Below, one piece after another: positions 48,159 through 59,552 of a stretch of DNA of 64,000 nucleotides. Below the pieces are notes generated by a model that saw only the letters and a list, made by a program, of their open reading frames with translations, was not told where the DNA came from and did not search any database. Position numbers and translations under genes: made by a program. Source of the stretch: an uncultured Candidatus Saccharibacteria bacterium (GTDB lineage: Bacteria; Patescibacteriota; Minisyncoccia; Minisyncoccales; CAYZYK01); the NCBI GenBank assembly GCA_964482615.1, contig CAYZYK010000001.1, forward strand, positions 2,144 through 66,143, given 5' to 3'. Every line of letters begins with the position of its first letter. Positions within the stretch are counted from its first letter, which is position 1.

Positions 48159-51100
48159 ATGGCAGAAGATATCAACAATATCACCAAAACAAAAAGTTTC
48201 TCAAAATCAAAAGTTTCTTTTCCCCTCCCCAAACTAACTTATCTTCAAAGACAGGCCTGGAAAGATTTTTGGGAAGTAAGATTAAAGGAACTTTTCTCTG
48301 AGGTTTCTCCTATTTTAGATCATAATGGAGATGAATTTGAGCTTTGGTTTTTAGATTATAAGCTGGGCAAGTCAAAATACAAGAATGGTCTTGAAGCTAA
48401 ACTTAACGACGATTCTTATGAAGCTCCTCTAAGAGCTAAAGTTAAATTGGTAAATCTTAGGAGCAAAGAGATAAAAGAACAGGAAGTTTTCTTAACTAAT
48501 TTTCCCCTTATGACAGAAAAGGGGACTTTTGTCGTTAATGGGGTGGAAAGAGTGGTTGTTTCTCAAATTATCCGGTCTCCGGGTGCTTTCTTTACTGTCA
48601 ACAGATACAAAGGGAAAGAATACTTCGGGGCAAAAATTGTTCCCAATAGAGGAGCTTGGCTTGAATTTTCAACTGAAAGTTCAGGTTTTATTGGGGTTAA
48701 AATTAACAGAAAAAGAAAAGTTGCCGCTACCACTCTTCTTCGAGCTTTTGGAATAGAGAAAGATAAAGAGATTAAAGAAAAATTTAAAGATTTAGACAAG
48801 GGGGAGGTAAAATATATTGAGAAAACTTTAAAAAGAGACAATTCTTCTGATCAAGGTGAAGCATTAATGGAGATTTATGGCAGGTTAAGACCCGGAGCTT
48901 ATGTTACTCCAGATAATGCTAAAAGCTTGATTTTTAATATGTTCTTTAATTTCAACAGGTATGATTTAGCTAAAGTTGGAAGGTGGAAAACCTATCAAAG
49001 ATTACCACAACTTGCCCCCAAGAAGAAAAGCAAAGATATTAAAAAAGGAGAAAGGGTATTGAAAGTAGAAGATGTTGTTGAGGTGATAAGAGAAATTATT
49101 AGATTAAACAATAATCCTCAAGCAGAACCTGATCAAATTGACCATTTAGCTAATAGAAGAGTAAGGACATCAGCCGAACTTTTGGAAAACAGGCTTAGGG
49201 TGGGGATGATGAGAATGATGAGGATAATAAAAGACAGAATGTCAACTCTAGATACAGCAACTGTTACCCCAGTTCAGCTTATTAACTCAAGACCTTTTAT
49301 GGCGGTCGTTAGACAATTCTTCTTCTCTTCTCAGTTTTCTCAGTTTATGGATAACGAAAATCCTTTAGCTGAGATTGAACACAAAAGAAGAATTACAGCA
49401 ACAGGACCCGGAGGATTAACTAGAAGAAGGGCAGGGTTTGAAGTAAGAGATGTTCAGCCCTCACACTACGGTAGGATCTGCCCCATTCAAACCCCAGAGG
49501 GTCCTAATGTGGGATTAGTTAATCACCTAGCTTGTTTTGCCAGAATCAATCCTTTCGGTTTCATAGAAACTCCCTATTTCAAAGTAGAGAAAGGGAAAGT
49601 TACTGATAAAGTAGAATATCTTTTAGCTAACGAAGAAGAAAAATACAATATCGCTCCAGGATCAGTTCCTTTAGACAATAAAGGTAATATTGTTGCTAAA
49701 AAAGTGGAAGCCAGGATAAAAGGGAAACCAGGAGAGATTGAAGCTAAAAAGATTGATTTTGTTGATGTTTCTTCCAAACAATTTATTAGCGTGGCTACAT
49801 CCCTTGTTCCTTTTTTACAGAATGATGATGCAGCCCGCGCTCTTATGGGATCTAATATGCAGAGACAATCAGTTCCATTGGTTAACCCAGAACCACCTCT
49901 TGTTGGTACAGGGGTGGAAAGAAATGTTGCTCAGGATTCTGGACAACAGATTTTTGCTGAAGAAGCAGGAAAAATAAAAGAAGTAGATGCTGAGCATATT
50001 AAGATAAAAGTAAAAAACAAAAGAAAAGAGAGAGAATACAAAATTCATTCTTTTGTTCGTAGTAACCAATATACTTGTTTCCACCAAAGACCCCAAGTGA
50101 AGAAAGGACAAACTATCAAAAAGGGAGATGTTCTAGTAGATGGTGCTGCTATTTCTAAGGGAAGATTAAGTTTAGGTAAAAATATTTTAGTTGCTTTTCT
50201 TCCCTGGAGAGGAGGGAATTATGAAGATGCTATTGTGGTTTCAGAAAGATTAGTTAAAGATGACGTTTTTACCTCTATTCACATTCAGGAATTTACTTGT
50301 GATGTAAGGGAAACAAAACTCGGTCCTGAGATTACAACCTCTGACATTCCTAATGTTGGGGAAGAGAAATTGAAAGATTTGGACGAAGAGGGAATTATAA
50401 GTATTGGAGCTGAGGTGGGGCCAAACGATATTTTAGTTGGCAAAATTTCACCGAAAGGAGAAACAGAACTTACAGCAGAAGAGAGATTGCTCAGAGCAAT
50501 TTTTGGTGAAAAAGCAAAAGAAGTAAAAGATACATCCTTAAGAATGCAGCACGGAAAGAAAGGTAAAGTGGTGGGGGTTAAAGTATTTTCTAGAGAAAAG
50601 GGCCAGAGACTAGATCCCGGAGTAATAAAAAGGATAAGGGTTGAGGTTGCTGAAATCAGAAAAGTTAAAGTTGGAGATAAGATTTCTGGAAGACACGGAA
50701 ATAAAGGTGTTATTTCTAAGATTTTACCGCCCGAGGAGATGCCTTTCTTGAAAGATGGAACACCAATTGATCTTATCTTAAGTCCTCTTTCTGTTCCTTC
50801 TCGCATGAATATTGGTCAGATTTTGGAAACTCATTTGGGTTGGGCAGCTAAAAAATTGGGCTATCTTGCTATCTCACCTGCTATGCTTGGAGCAAGCGAA
50901 GAAGACATTAAAGAAGAATTAGAGAAAGCAGGCCTTCCAAGATCAGGACAAATAACCCTATATGATGGAAGAACAGGAAAACCTTTCCCCAGAGAAGTTA
51001 CCGTAGGATATATGTATATGCTTAAGCTTATTCACATGGTTGACGATAAAGCACATGCTCGTTCTATCGGACCCTATTCTTTAATAACCCAACAACCTCT

Positions 51101-51374
51101 TGGTGGAAAAGCTCAATTTGGAGGCCAAAGGTTTGGGGAAATGGAAGTTTGGGCCTTGGAAGGATATGGAGCAGCTCACTCTCTCCAGGAGATGTTAACT
51201 ATCAAATCCGATGATGTTCAAGGAAGAGGAGAGCTTTATCAGTCAATTCTGAAAGGGGAACCGATAAAAAATCCAAATATTCCAGCCTCTTTTAATCTTA
51301 TGGTAAATGAACTTAAAGCTTTAGGACTCAATGTAATATTAAAGGAAGAGGAAGAAAAAAAGAAAAAGAAATAA
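48159..51374 (+). CDS. rpoB: RNA polymerase beta subunit
   Basis: VNGVERVVVSQ, TPEGPNVGL, GSNMQRQ, GRHGNKG, GGQRFGEME. Confidence 0.99.
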   Translation: MAEDINNITKTKSFSKSKVSFPLPKLTYLQRQAWKDFWEVRLKELFSEVSPILDHNGDEFELWFLDYKLGKSKYKNGLEAKLNDDSYEAPLRAKVKLVNLRSKEIKEQEVFLTNFPLMTEKGTFVVNGVERVVVSQIIRSPGAFFTVNRYKGKEYFGAKIVPNRGAWLEFSTESSGFIGVKINRKRKVAATTLLRAFGIEKDKEIKEKFKDLDKGEVKYIEKTLKRDNSSDQGEALMEIYGRLRPGAYVTPDNAKSLIFNMFFNFNRYDLAKVGRWKTYQRLPQLAPKKKSKDIKKGERVLKVEDVVEVIREIIRLNNNPQAEPDQIDHLANRRVRTSAELLENRLRVGMMRMMRIIKDRMSTLDTATVTPVQLINSRPFMAVVRQFFFSSQFSQFMDNENPLAEIEHKRRITATGPGGLTRRRAGFEVRDVQPSHYGRICPIQTPEGPNVGLVNHLACFARINPFGFIETPYFKVEKGKVTDKVEYLLANEEEKYNIAPGSVPLDNKGNIVAKKVEARIKGKPGEIEAKKIDFVDVSSKQFISVATSLVPFLQNDDAARALMGSNMQRQSVPLVNPEPPLVGTGVERNVAQDSGQQIFAEEAGKIKEVDAEHIKIKVKNKRKEREYKIHSFVRSNQYTCFHQRPQVKKGQTIKKGDVLVDGAAISKGRLSLGKNILVAFLPWRGGNYEDAIVVSERLVKDDVFTSIHIQEFTCDVRETKLGPEITTSDIPNVGEEKLKDLDEEGIISIGAEVGPNDILVGKISPKGETELTAEERLLRAIFGEKAKEVKDTSLRMQHGKKGKVVGVKVFSREKGQRLDPGVIKRIRVEVAEIRKVKVGDKISGRHGNKGVISKILPPEEMPFLKDGTPIDLILSPLSVPSRMNIGQILETHLGWAAKKLGYLAISPAMLGASEEDIKEELEKAGLPRSGQITLYDGRTGKPFPREVTVGYMYMLKLIHMVDDKAHARSIGPYSLITQQPLGGKAQFGGQRFGEMEVWALEGYGAAHSLQEMLTIKSDDVQGRGELYQSILKGEPIKNPNIPASFNLMVNELKALGLNVILKEEEEKKKKK

Positions 51375-51388
51375 CTTTTAGCTAAAAA

Positions 51389-54300
51389 ATGAAAGTATCC
51401 AATTTAAAATCAATAACAATAAAACTTACTTCTCCAGATGAAATAATGAACTGGAGTCATGGAGAAGTAACAGAGCCAGAAACTATCAATTATAGGACCC
51501 AGAAACCAGAGAAAGATGGTTTATTTGACGAAAGAATTTTCGGCCCGGTAAAAGATTACGAATGTGCTTGTGGTAAATACAAAAGAATTCGCTACAAAGG
51601 AGTTGTCTGTGATAGATGTGGAGTTGAAGTTACTAAATCCCGGGTGAGGAGAGAAAGAATGGGTCATATTAAACTGGCAGTTCCTGTTAGTCATATTTGG
51701 TTTCTGAGAGGAATTCCATCAAAAATGGGAATAATTTTGGATAAATCTTCTCGAAAAATGGAAAGAGTAATCTATTTTTCTTCCTATATTGTAACTAAGG
51801 TTGATAAAGAAGCCAAAAAAAGGGTATTAAAAGAGATTAAAAAAGAAGCTAAAGTCAAACTAAAGGAAGCTAAGAAAAAAGAAAAAACAAAGATTAAAAA
51901 AGCAGAAGATAAAGCTGAAAAACAACTAAAGAGTATTAAAAGATTAAAAGTTTTATCTGAACACAACTACCGTAAATTATCTTTAAAATATGGAGAAATA
52001 TTTGAAGCAGGTACAGGAGCAGAAACTGTTTATAAGATTTTTGAAAAAATGGACCTTAAAAAGAGAATTAAAAAACTCAAAAAGAAATCTAAATCTATTC
52101 CAGCCAGCAAAAGAAAGAAAATACTAAGAAAATTAAAATTATTTGAAAAAATGGAAAGGGGAGGGGTCAAACCAGAATGGATGTTTTTGAAGGTTTTACC
52201 TGTTTTACCTCCTGATTTGCGCCCCATGGTTCAATTGGACGGGGGAAGATATGCCTCTTCTGATCTCAATGATCTTTACAGGAGAGTAATTAATAGAAAC
52301 AATCGTTTAAAATATCTTCTTGAGATTTCAGCTCCAGAAGTTATTGTAAGAAACGAAAAAAGAATGCTTCAGGAAGCAGTCGATGCTTTAATTGATAATA
52401 ATATGAGGAAGGGAGTAACAACCACAGCAACCACTGGTCAAAGAAGGTTGTTAAAATCTCTAGCTGATATGCTCAAAGGAAAACAAGGTAGGTTCCGTCA
52501 GAATCTTTTAGGAAAAAGAGTAGATTATTCGGGAAGATCTGTTATTGCTGTGGGGCCTGAACTTCATTTTTATCAGTGCGGGCTTCCCAAAACAATGGCC
52601 CTTGAGATTTTCAAACCTTTTGTAATTAGAGAAATTTTAGACCAAGAACTAGCTTATAATATTAAAGGAGCAACAAGGTTAATAGAAGAACATAAACCAG
52701 AAGTCTGGGCAATTTTAGAAGAAATAGTTAAAGACAAATTGGTTCTTTTAAACAGGGCGCCAACCTTACATAGATTAGGGGTTCAAGCTTTTCAGCCGGT
52801 TTTGATTGAGGGGGAGACAATAAAAGTTCATCCCCTGGTTTGTGAAGCATTTAATGCTGATTTTGATGGAGACCAAATGGCTGTTTTCTTACCCTTATCA
52901 GAAGAAGCCCAGAAAGAAGCAAGAGAAATTATGTTATCTAGTTTGAATGTTCTTAAGCCAGCTACTGGCCGACCCATAATCGGGCCTTATAGAGAAATTG
53001 TCTTGGGAAGTTATTATCTTACAAAAACAAAAGAAGACATTGAAGAGGGTGAGAAGACAGAGGAAAAACCGAGGATATTTTCTAGTGTTTTTGAAGCAGA
53101 ATTAGCTTATGAGAACAGAGATATAGATATTAGGCAGAAAATAAAGATTCCAGAACCGAAGGCAAAAGAATCAAAACTTATTGAAACTACAGTAGGAAGA
53201 GTTATTTTCAACGATGCTTTGCCAGAAGATTATCCTTTCCAAAATAAGTTATTTACCTCAGGTAAGCTTAAAGACCTTATCAGCGATCTTATTAAAAAAT
53301 ATTCTTCTGAGAAAATACCCAAAATCTTGGACGATATTAAAGATATGGGATTTGAATATTCAACCTTATCTGGAATAAGCTGGGGGATGGATGATTTAAT
53401 TATCCCAGAAGAAAAAGAAGGATTAATTAAAGAAGCTGATAAGAAGGTTGAGGAGATTGATGGCTATTTTAAAAAAGGACTTCTCACTTACAGCGAAAAG
53501 ATTTCTCAAGAGATTTCTGTTTGGCAGAAGGTTAAAACAGAAATTGAGAAATTGTTAAAAGAGAAAACCCTTCCCAGGGATGGATCAGTTTATTCTATTA
53601 TTAGTTCTGGGGGAAGAGCTTCTTGGACCCAACCTGTTCAAATGGCTGGAATGAAAGGTCTGGCAGTTAACCCAGCGGGAGAAATAATTGAATTACCTAT
53701 CAAAAGTTCTTTTAAGGAAGGTTTTAATGTTTTAGAATATTTTATTTCCACCCATGGCGCAAGGAAAGGGACAGCAGATACTGCCTTGCGGACCTCAACT
53801 GCTGGTTATTTAAGTCGAAGATTAATTGATGTTGCCCACGATATGATAATTACAGAGAAAGATTGTAAAGAAAAAAAAGGAATGACAATTTTAAGAGAAG
53901 ATGCAGACGAAATCGAACAAGACTTCTTTTTTAAAATTGTAGGAAGGGTTTGTGCTCAGGATATAAAAGAGGGAAGAAAGAAATTAGCAAAGAAAGGAGA
54001 AGTTATTGATTGGGACAAAGCAAAGAAAATAAGCAAAGCAAAAATTAATGAAGTTCAGGTTTATTCTCCTTTAAGTTGTAAAAGTCGCCAGGGAATTTGT
54101 CAGAAATGTTACGGCTGGGATCTATCCCGCAATGAATTAGCTAAGATGGGAGAACCGGTGGGGGTGGTGGCAGCTCAATCAATAGGGGAGCCAGGAACCC
54201 AGCTTACCTTGAGAACCTTTCATTTAGGTGGAGTTGCAGGAAAAGGAGATATTACTCAGGGTTTACCCAGAGTAGATGAAATTTTTGAAACAAGAAGTCC

Positions 54301-54958
54301 TAAGGGTAAAGCACCAATAACTCAATTTGATGGGAAAATAACAGATGTTGATACAGAAAAAGGTATAATAAAAGCCCGTCCTGTTTCTGAAAAAACCCCT
54401 TCATCTAAAAAAGAAATAAGCTATAAGATTCCTGCTGACAGGGCGGTTTGGGTTCAAAAAGGAGAAGAAGTAAAAGCAGGACAGCCTCTTTGTGAGGGAA
54501 GTTTAGACCTTGAGAAGTTTTTTCGGATAACAGATAAAGAAAGAACCCAACGTTATATTGTCAAAGAGATTCAGAAGATTTACGTTTCCCAAGGAGTTGA
54601 TGTTCACGATAAACACATTGAGGTTATCGTTCATAAGATGTTTTCTCGGATGAAGATTATGAAGGGAGGAGATAGTCCTTGGACCAAAGGAGAGATTATT
54701 GAAAAACCAGTTTTTGAAAAAGAGGTTAAAAACCTTAAATCCCAGAAAAAAACTCCTCCAAAAGCTAAACAAATAATCCTTGGAATTTCCAAAGTAGCAC
54801 TTACCTCAGATAGCGTTCTTTCTGCAGCCTCATTTCAACAGACCGCTAGGGTTTTAATTAAGTCAGCTCTTGAAGCTAAAGAAGATGAGCTTAAAGGATT
54901 AAAAGAGAACGTTATTATAGGTAAACTTATTCCTGTGGGAACTGGCTTCAGAAAATAA
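51389..54958 (+). CDS. rpoC: RNA polymerase beta' subunit
   Basis: NADFDGD, LGKRVDYSGRSVI, GEPGTQLT, GLKENVIIG. Confidence 0.99.
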   Translation: MKVSNLKSITIKLTSPDEIMNWSHGEVTEPETINYRTQKPEKDGLFDERIFGPVKDYECACGKYKRIRYKGVVCDRCGVEVTKSRVRRERMGHIKLAVPVSHIWFLRGIPSKMGIILDKSSRKMERVIYFSSYIVTKVDKEAKKRVLKEIKKEAKVKLKEAKKKEKTKIKKAEDKAEKQLKSIKRLKVLSEHNYRKLSLKYGEIFEAGTGAETVYKIFEKMDLKKRIKKLKKKSKSIPASKRKKILRKLKLFEKMERGGVKPEWMFLKVLPVLPPDLRPMVQLDGGRYASSDLNDLYRRVINRNNRLKYLLEISAPEVIVRNEKRMLQEAVDALIDNNMRKGVTTTATTGQRRLLKSLADMLKGKQGRFRQNLLGKRVDYSGRSVIAVGPELHFYQCGLPKTMALEIFKPFVIREILDQELAYNIKGATRLIEEHKPEVWAILEEIVKDKLVLLNRAPTLHRLGVQAFQPVLIEGETIKVHPLVCEAFNADFDGDQMAVFLPLSEEAQKEAREIMLSSLNVLKPATGRPIIGPYREIVLGSYYLTKTKEDIEEGEKTEEKPRIFSSVFEAELAYENRDIDIRQKIKIPEPKAKESKLIETTVGRVIFNDALPEDYPFQNKLFTSGKLKDLISDLIKKYSSEKIPKILDDIKDMGFEYSTLSGISWGMDDLIIPEEKEGLIKEADKKVEEIDGYFKKGLLTYSEKISQEISVWQKVKTEIEKLLKEKTLPRDGSVYSIISSGGRASWTQPVQMAGMKGLAVNPAGEIIELPIKSSFKEGFNVLEYFISTHGARKGTADTALRTSTAGYLSRRLIDVAHDMIITEKDCKEKKGMTILREDADEIEQDFFFKIVGRVCAQDIKEGRKKLAKKGEVIDWDKAKKISKAKINEVQVYSPLSCKSRQGICQKCYGWDLSRNELAKMGEPVGVVAAQSIGEPGTQLTLRTFHLGGVAGKGDITQGLPRVDEIFETRSPKGKAPITQFDGKITDVDTEKGIIKARPVSEKTPSSKKEISYKIPADRAVWVQKGEEVKAGQPLCEGSLDLEKFFRITDKERTQRYIVKEIQKIYVSQGVDVHDKHIEVIVHKMFSRMKIMKGGDSPWTKGEIIEKPVFEKEVKNLKSQKKTPPKAKQIILGISKVALTSDSVLSAASFQQTARVLIKSALEAKEDELKGLKENVIIGKLIPVGTGFRK

Positions 54959-55007
54959 GAAAAATCTGTTAAAATAAGGGTAGCAGGCATATAACAAGAA
55001 ATCATCT

Positions 55008-57170
55008 ATGGTCAAAAGGAAAAAGTCAAAAAAGAAAAAGAAAAAAACTAAGGCAAAAAAAGAAAAAAAGAAAGCTATTTTAAGCCTAGCTACCAAACAA
55101 AAAATAAAGGCCTTAGTTATGTTCGTGGTTGGGATAATTTTTATTCTTTCTTTACTGGAATTGGCTGGCCCCGCCGGAGAAGCAATCGACAGGGGTTTTG
55201 TTTTTTTAATAGGCAAGGCAGTTTTTGCTGTTCCCTTGCTTTTTATAATTACTGGCTTGATTTTTCTGAAACCGAAACAGAAAGGAAAACTCTTCCCTTT
55301 AATTTTAGGTATTTTTATTTTAATTCTGGGCATGACAGGAATCTTAGGAGCTTTCGATACAATGGAAAGACAAGCTGTTAATGAATTCGTTTGGAATTGG
55401 GCAGGAAAAGGGGGATTTTTAGGAAATCTCCTAAGCTGGCCTCTATTACATTATTTTGGCGTCTTTGTAACTAATATCATTTTTGGGGCGGTTATTATAG
55501 GAGGCCTTTTAATATTCTTTCAATTTATAGAAAAAGAAATAGTAGAAAAAGAAAAACCCTCTGAAATAACCCAGAAAATAAAAAGGGCTATTACTCCAGC
55601 CGCAAGAAGAATAAAAGAAGCAGCCTCTTCAAGAAAAAAAATTAAAGAAACAGAACCCAAAATATCAAGATTTAGAGAGAAGATTGATTTGAGTAACAAC
55701 ACTTCTTCCAAAAAAGGAAAATATGTTTTACCCCCACTGGAGCTTTTAAAAGAAGAAAAAGGTAATCCTACTAGCGGAGATATAAAGAAGAACTCAAAAA
55801 TAATAAAAAAGACATTGGAGAATTTTGGTATTGCAGTTGAAATGGCTGAGGTTAATATAGGGCCAACTGTTACCCAATATAGCTTTAGGCCAGCTGAAGG
55901 AATAAAATTATCAAGAATTACTACTTTATCGCGAAATCTCTCTTTGGCCCTGGCAGCCCATCCTCTTCGAATTGAAGCTCCAATTCCTGGAAAGGATTTG
56001 GTTGGAATTGAAATTCCCAACAGCCAGAGAAGTCAAGTTCGTCTCCGCAACCTGATAGCCAACCCTACCTTTCAGAATTCTTCTTCTTCATTGCTTTTCT
56101 GTTTGGGAAGAAGTGTTTCTGGAGATCCCATGTATGCTGATTTGGGGAAAATGCCCCATCTTTTAGTGGCTGGATCTACAGGAAGTGGTAAAACAGTCTT
56201 TTTAAACAATCTGGTTTTAAGTTTTCTTTATAGAAATTCGCCGCGTAGGTTAAATTTCATTTTGGTTGATCCCAAAAGAGTAGAATTTCAGAGTTATAAT
56301 CATTTTCCTCACCTTTTAACACCTGTTATTACTAATGTTGATATTGCAATAAATGCTCTAAACTGGCTGGTTCAGGAAATGGAAAGAAGATTTGAGGTTT
56401 TTTCTACTATTCCTACTCGGAATATATCCACTTACAACAGCATGAAATCAGTCAAAGAGTCGGGGGCCCAATTACCCTATATTGTTCTTATTGTAGATGA
56501 GCTAGCAGACTTTATGGCTTCTAAGGGAAGAGAAATGGAAGCAGCGATTGTAAGATTAGCTCAAATGGCAAGAGCAACTGGAATTCATTTGATAGTTGCA
56601 ACTCAAAGACCGTCAGTTGAAGTTATTACCGGTCTTATTAAAGCGAATATAACAGCTAGAGTTACTTTTCAGGTAGCATCTCAAGTTGACTCAAGGACTG
56701 TTTTGGATATGGCTGGTGCAGAAAGTCTTTTGGGGGATGGTGATATGCTCTATATCTCCTCTCAAATGACAAAACCAAAGAGAATCCAAGGAGCTTATGT
56801 TTCAGAAAAAGAAGTAAAGAAAGTTACTCAATTTATTAAAAAAGAAAAAGACAAAGCTCGTCCTCCTTCCGATCTTTCTCAGAGTTTGAAGAACCATCTT
56901 GAGAAAGAGAAACAAAAACCTCAGAGTTTTGAGGTGGGAGAGGATGAACTTTATGAAGATGCAAAAGAATTAGTAATTGATGCCGGGAAAGGTTCAGCAA
57001 GCTTACTTCAACGGAGATTAAGAATAGGTTATGCTAGAGCAGCTCGTCTTCTGGATATGTTACAGGAGAAAGGAATAGTAGGTCCCGCTAGGGGATCAAA
57101 ACCAAGGAAAGTTTTAGCTGAAGAAGAATACGATGAAGAAGATGATTTTGGTGATGAATTAGAGTCCTAA
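55008..57170 (+). CDS. ftsK: DNA translocase FtsK
   Basis: N-terminal TMs, PHLLVAGSTGSGKT, ATQRPS, gamma domain SLLQRRLRIGYARAAR. Confidence 0.96.
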   Translation: MVKRKKSKKKKKKTKAKKEKKKAILSLATKQKIKALVMFVVGIIFILSLLELAGPAGEAIDRGFVFLIGKAVFAVPLLFIITGLIFLKPKQKGKLFPLILGIFILILGMTGILGAFDTMERQAVNEFVWNWAGKGGFLGNLLSWPLLHYFGVFVTNIIFGAVIIGGLLIFFQFIEKEIVEKEKPSEITQKIKRAITPAARRIKEAASSRKKIKETEPKISRFREKIDLSNNTSSKKGKYVLPPLELLKEEKGNPTSGDIKKNSKIIKKTLENFGIAVEMAEVNIGPTVTQYSFRPAEGIKLSRITTLSRNLSLALAAHPLRIEAPIPGKDLVGIEIPNSQRSQVRLRNLIANPTFQNSSSSLLFCLGRSVSGDPMYADLGKMPHLLVAGSTGSGKTVFLNNLVLSFLYRNSPRRLNFILVDPKRVEFQSYNHFPHLLTPVITNVDIAINALNWLVQEMERRFEVFSTIPTRNISTYNSMKSVKESGAQLPYIVLIVDELADFMASKGREMEAAIVRLAQMARATGIHLIVATQRPSVEVITGLIKANITARVTFQVASQVDSRTVLDMAGAESLLGDGDMLYISSQMTKPKRIQGAYVSEKEVKKVTQFIKKEKDKARPPSDLSQSLKNHLEKEKQKPQSFEVGEDELYEDAKELVIDAGKGSASLLQRRLRIGYARAARLLDMLQEKGIVGPARGSKPRKVLAEEEYDEEDDFGDELES

Positions 57171-57213
57171 TTAACTTGTCAAATTAGCTAAAATTAGCTA
57201 CAATTAAACTATT

Positions 57214-58233
57214 ATGCCAAAAAAGAAAACTAAAAACAAAGAAGAAAAAGAAAAAGAGTTAAAAGAAACCCTGGAAGGAATAAAAAGTAAATTTGGAGAA
57301 GGGGCTTTAATGAAACTTAAAGAAATACAACCAGTTGATGTTGATGCAATTCCTACAGGATCTATTTCTTTAGATCTTGCTTTGGGAGTGGGGGGAGTTC
57401 CCCGCGGAAGAGTAATAGAAGTTTTTGGTCCTGAAGCGTCTGGCAAAACAACCCTAGCTTTACATATTTTAGCTGAAGCTCAAAAGAAAGGGGGCGTAGT
57501 AGCTTTTATTGATGCTGAAAATGCTCTAGATCCTGATTATGCTAGAAAGATTGGGGTAAGAGTTGACGATATTTTAATTTCCCAGCCCGATTCAGGCGAA
57601 CAGGGATTACAAATTGTTGAAGCTTTGGTTCGTTCAGGTACAATTGATATAATTGTGGTTGATTCTGTTGCTGCTTTAACCCCCAAAGCAGAAATTGAAG
57701 GAGAAATAGGGGATCAACAAATCGGTCTTCAGGCTAGATTGATGAGTCAGGCTTGTCGTATGCTCTCTAAAATAATTTCTGATACAAAGACAACAGTTTT
57801 ATTTCTCAACCAAACCAGGATGAAAATAGGAGTTATGTTTGGTAATCCAGAAACCACCCCAGGAGGATTAGCTTTAAAGTTCTATTCTTCAGTAAGAATT
57901 AATTTGAGAAGAAGAGCTCAAATTAAACATAAAGATGAGATTATAGGTAATAGAGTGAAAGCTAAAATTGTGAAAAATAAAGTAGCTCCACCCTTCAAAA
58001 CAGCGGAATTCGACATTTATTATAACGAGGGTATTTCCAGAACAGGGGATATTATTAGAGCAGGGCTGGAGACAGGGATTCTTAAACAGTCAGGTAGCTG
58101 GTACAAATATGAAAAAAAGAAATTAGGTCAGGGGATGGCAGGAGCTAAGAAATTTTTGAAAGAAAACTCAAAGATAGCAAAAGAAATAGAAAAAAGAATT
58201 TGGCAGGAATCCCAGCAAACACAAGAAGTATAA
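57214..58233 (+). CDS. recA: Recombinase RecA
   Basis: [40 protein letters not shown]. Confidence 0.98.
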   Translation: MPKKKTKNKEEKEKELKETLEGIKSKFGEGALMKLKEIQPVDVDAIPTGSISLDLALGVGGVPRGRVIEVFGPEASGKTTLALHILAEAQKKGGVVAFIDAENALDPDYARKIGVRVDDILISQPDSGEQGLQIVEALVRSGTIDIIVVDSVAALTPKAEIEGEIGDQQIGLQARLMSQACRMLSKIISDTKTTVLFLNQTRMKIGVMFGNPETTPGGLALKFYSSVRINLRRRAQIKHKDEIIGNRVKAKIVKNKVAPPFKTAEFDIYYNEGISRTGDIIRAGLETGILKQSGSWYKYEKKKLGQGMAGAKKFLKENSKIAKEIEKRIWQESQQTQEV

Positions 58234-58249
58234 AGTTTATTTTTAAATA

Positions 58250-58279
58250 AAAAAACAACTCTTTGGGAAGTTGTTTTTT
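58250..58279. terminator. Bidirectional terminator between recA and rpsR
   Basis: AAAAAACAACT-CTTTGGGA-AGTTGTTTTTT. Confidence 0.7.
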
Positions 58280-58296
58280 GTTTTCAGGTTAAAATC

Positions 58297-58494
58297 TTAT
58301 TTGGGCATATAGGGGAAAAGGCCTAATTGTCTTGCTCTTTTAATCGCTCGGGCAACTTTTTTCTGATGATCAGCACAGAGATATGTTCTTTTTCTTGGTT
58401 TAATTTTAAAAATATCATTGGTAAATTTACGAAGTAACTCCGTATTTTTAAAATCAACCTCTTCTTTGTTCTTTTGACAGAAATAGCAAGGCAT
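58297..58494 (-). CDS. rpsR: 30S ribosomal protein S18 (Zn-binding type)
   Basis: CYFC..DFKN..KIKPR..C..HQ..AIKRAR. Confidence 0.94.
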   Translation of the reverse strand: MPCYFCQKNKEEVDFKNTELLRKFTNDIFKIKPRKRTYLCADHQKKVARAIKRARQLGLFPYMPK

Positions 58495-58532
58495 AGTAAT
58501 AAATAAAATTAATTTTTATTCTTAATTAATGG

Positions 58533-59033
58533 TTAAAAAGGAATGTCTTCCACGTCAATTTCATCTTCGTTTTGATCGGTCTTTTTTCTCTTTGATTCTT
58601 TCTTTTTGGAAGAAGGATTATAATCTTCTTCAATGACTGGAATTTCTTCCTGTTTGGTTTTCTTTTGGGATTTCTTTGGAGTGTTTCCTGTTGCTGCAGG
58701 CCCCCATGATTTTGGAGGAAGTTGAATATTCTGAGCTACTATTTCAGTACGATATTGTCTGTTGCCTGAGGAATTTTCCCAAGATCTTGTTCTTAATCTT
58801 CCTTCAACTAAAGTAAGCGACCCTTTTTTTAAGTATCTTGAACAAATATCAGCTAGTTTTCCAAAAGCTACTACATTGTGAAATTGGCTATCTTGTTGCT
58901 TTTCTCCTGAGCTATCAGTATAGAATCTATTTGTAGCTAAAGAAAAATTAACCACGGACTGACCACTTGGTAAGGCTCTTTCTTCTGGATCTCGGGTTAA
59001 ATTTCCCAAAACAAAAACTTTATTTAAATTCAT
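58533..59033 (-). CDS. ssb: Single-stranded DNA-binding protein
   Basis: LNKVFVLGNLTRDPE, EGRLRTRSW, C-terminal DIPF. Confidence 0.96.
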   Translation of the reverse strand: MNLNKVFVLGNLTRDPEERALPSGQSVVNFSLATNRFYTDSSGEKQQDSQFHNVVAFGKLADICSRYLKKGSLTLVEGRLRTRSWENSSGNRQYRTEIVAQNIQLPPKSWGPAATGNTPKKSQKKTKQEEIPVIEEDYNPSSKKKESKRKKTDQNEDEIDVEDIPF

Positions 59034-59090
59034 GTTTTTAAAATTAATTATTTACTGTTTTAAGTAAAATAGACCTTTGTTTTTAAGTTT

Positions 59091-59549
59091 TTATTCTCCT
59101 AAGATCTCATCTAGTTTCTTTTCTATTTCTTCAAGTTTTTCTTTTTCTTCTTCTTTTGTTTTCTTTTCTGCTTTTTCAATAGAAGTTGCTCTGTCTGTGA
59201 TTTTAACTTCGGCTGGTTTGGTCTTGAATCTGCGTCTGGTGGTGGATATTCTTTTTCTTTCTGGTTTTTGAGAGTGTAAAATAAATCTTAAAACATTGTC
59301 ATTTTCTTTTAATCCCTTTCTTAAATCGTCTAATTTTGAAGAGTCAGTTCGCAAGTCTAAGCTGACTAAATAGGCCTGTTTTTGGTCGTTGACAGGATAA
59401 GCTAAGTCTCTTTTTATGGGTGATTCAGATTTAACTATAATTGCTTTATTTTTATCTCTTAAAAAAGAAACTATTTCTTCGGCTGTTCTTTTTGCTTCCT
59501 CTTCTGTTAATTCGCTTGAAACTAAGTAGTTTAATTGATAATAGGGCAT
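59091..59549 (-). CDS. rpsF: 30S ribosomal protein S6
   Basis: YQLNYLV, LAYPV, VLRFI; rpsF-ssb-rpsR synteny. Confidence 0.9.
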   Translation of the reverse strand: MPYYQLNYLVSSELTEEEAKRTAEEIVSFLRDKNKAIIVKSESPIKRDLAYPVNDQKQAYLVSLDLRTDSSKLDDLRKGLKENDNVLRFILHSQKPERKRISTTRRRFKTKPAEVKITDRATSIEKAEKKTKEEEKEKLEEIEKKLDEILGE

Positions 59550-59552
59550 AAT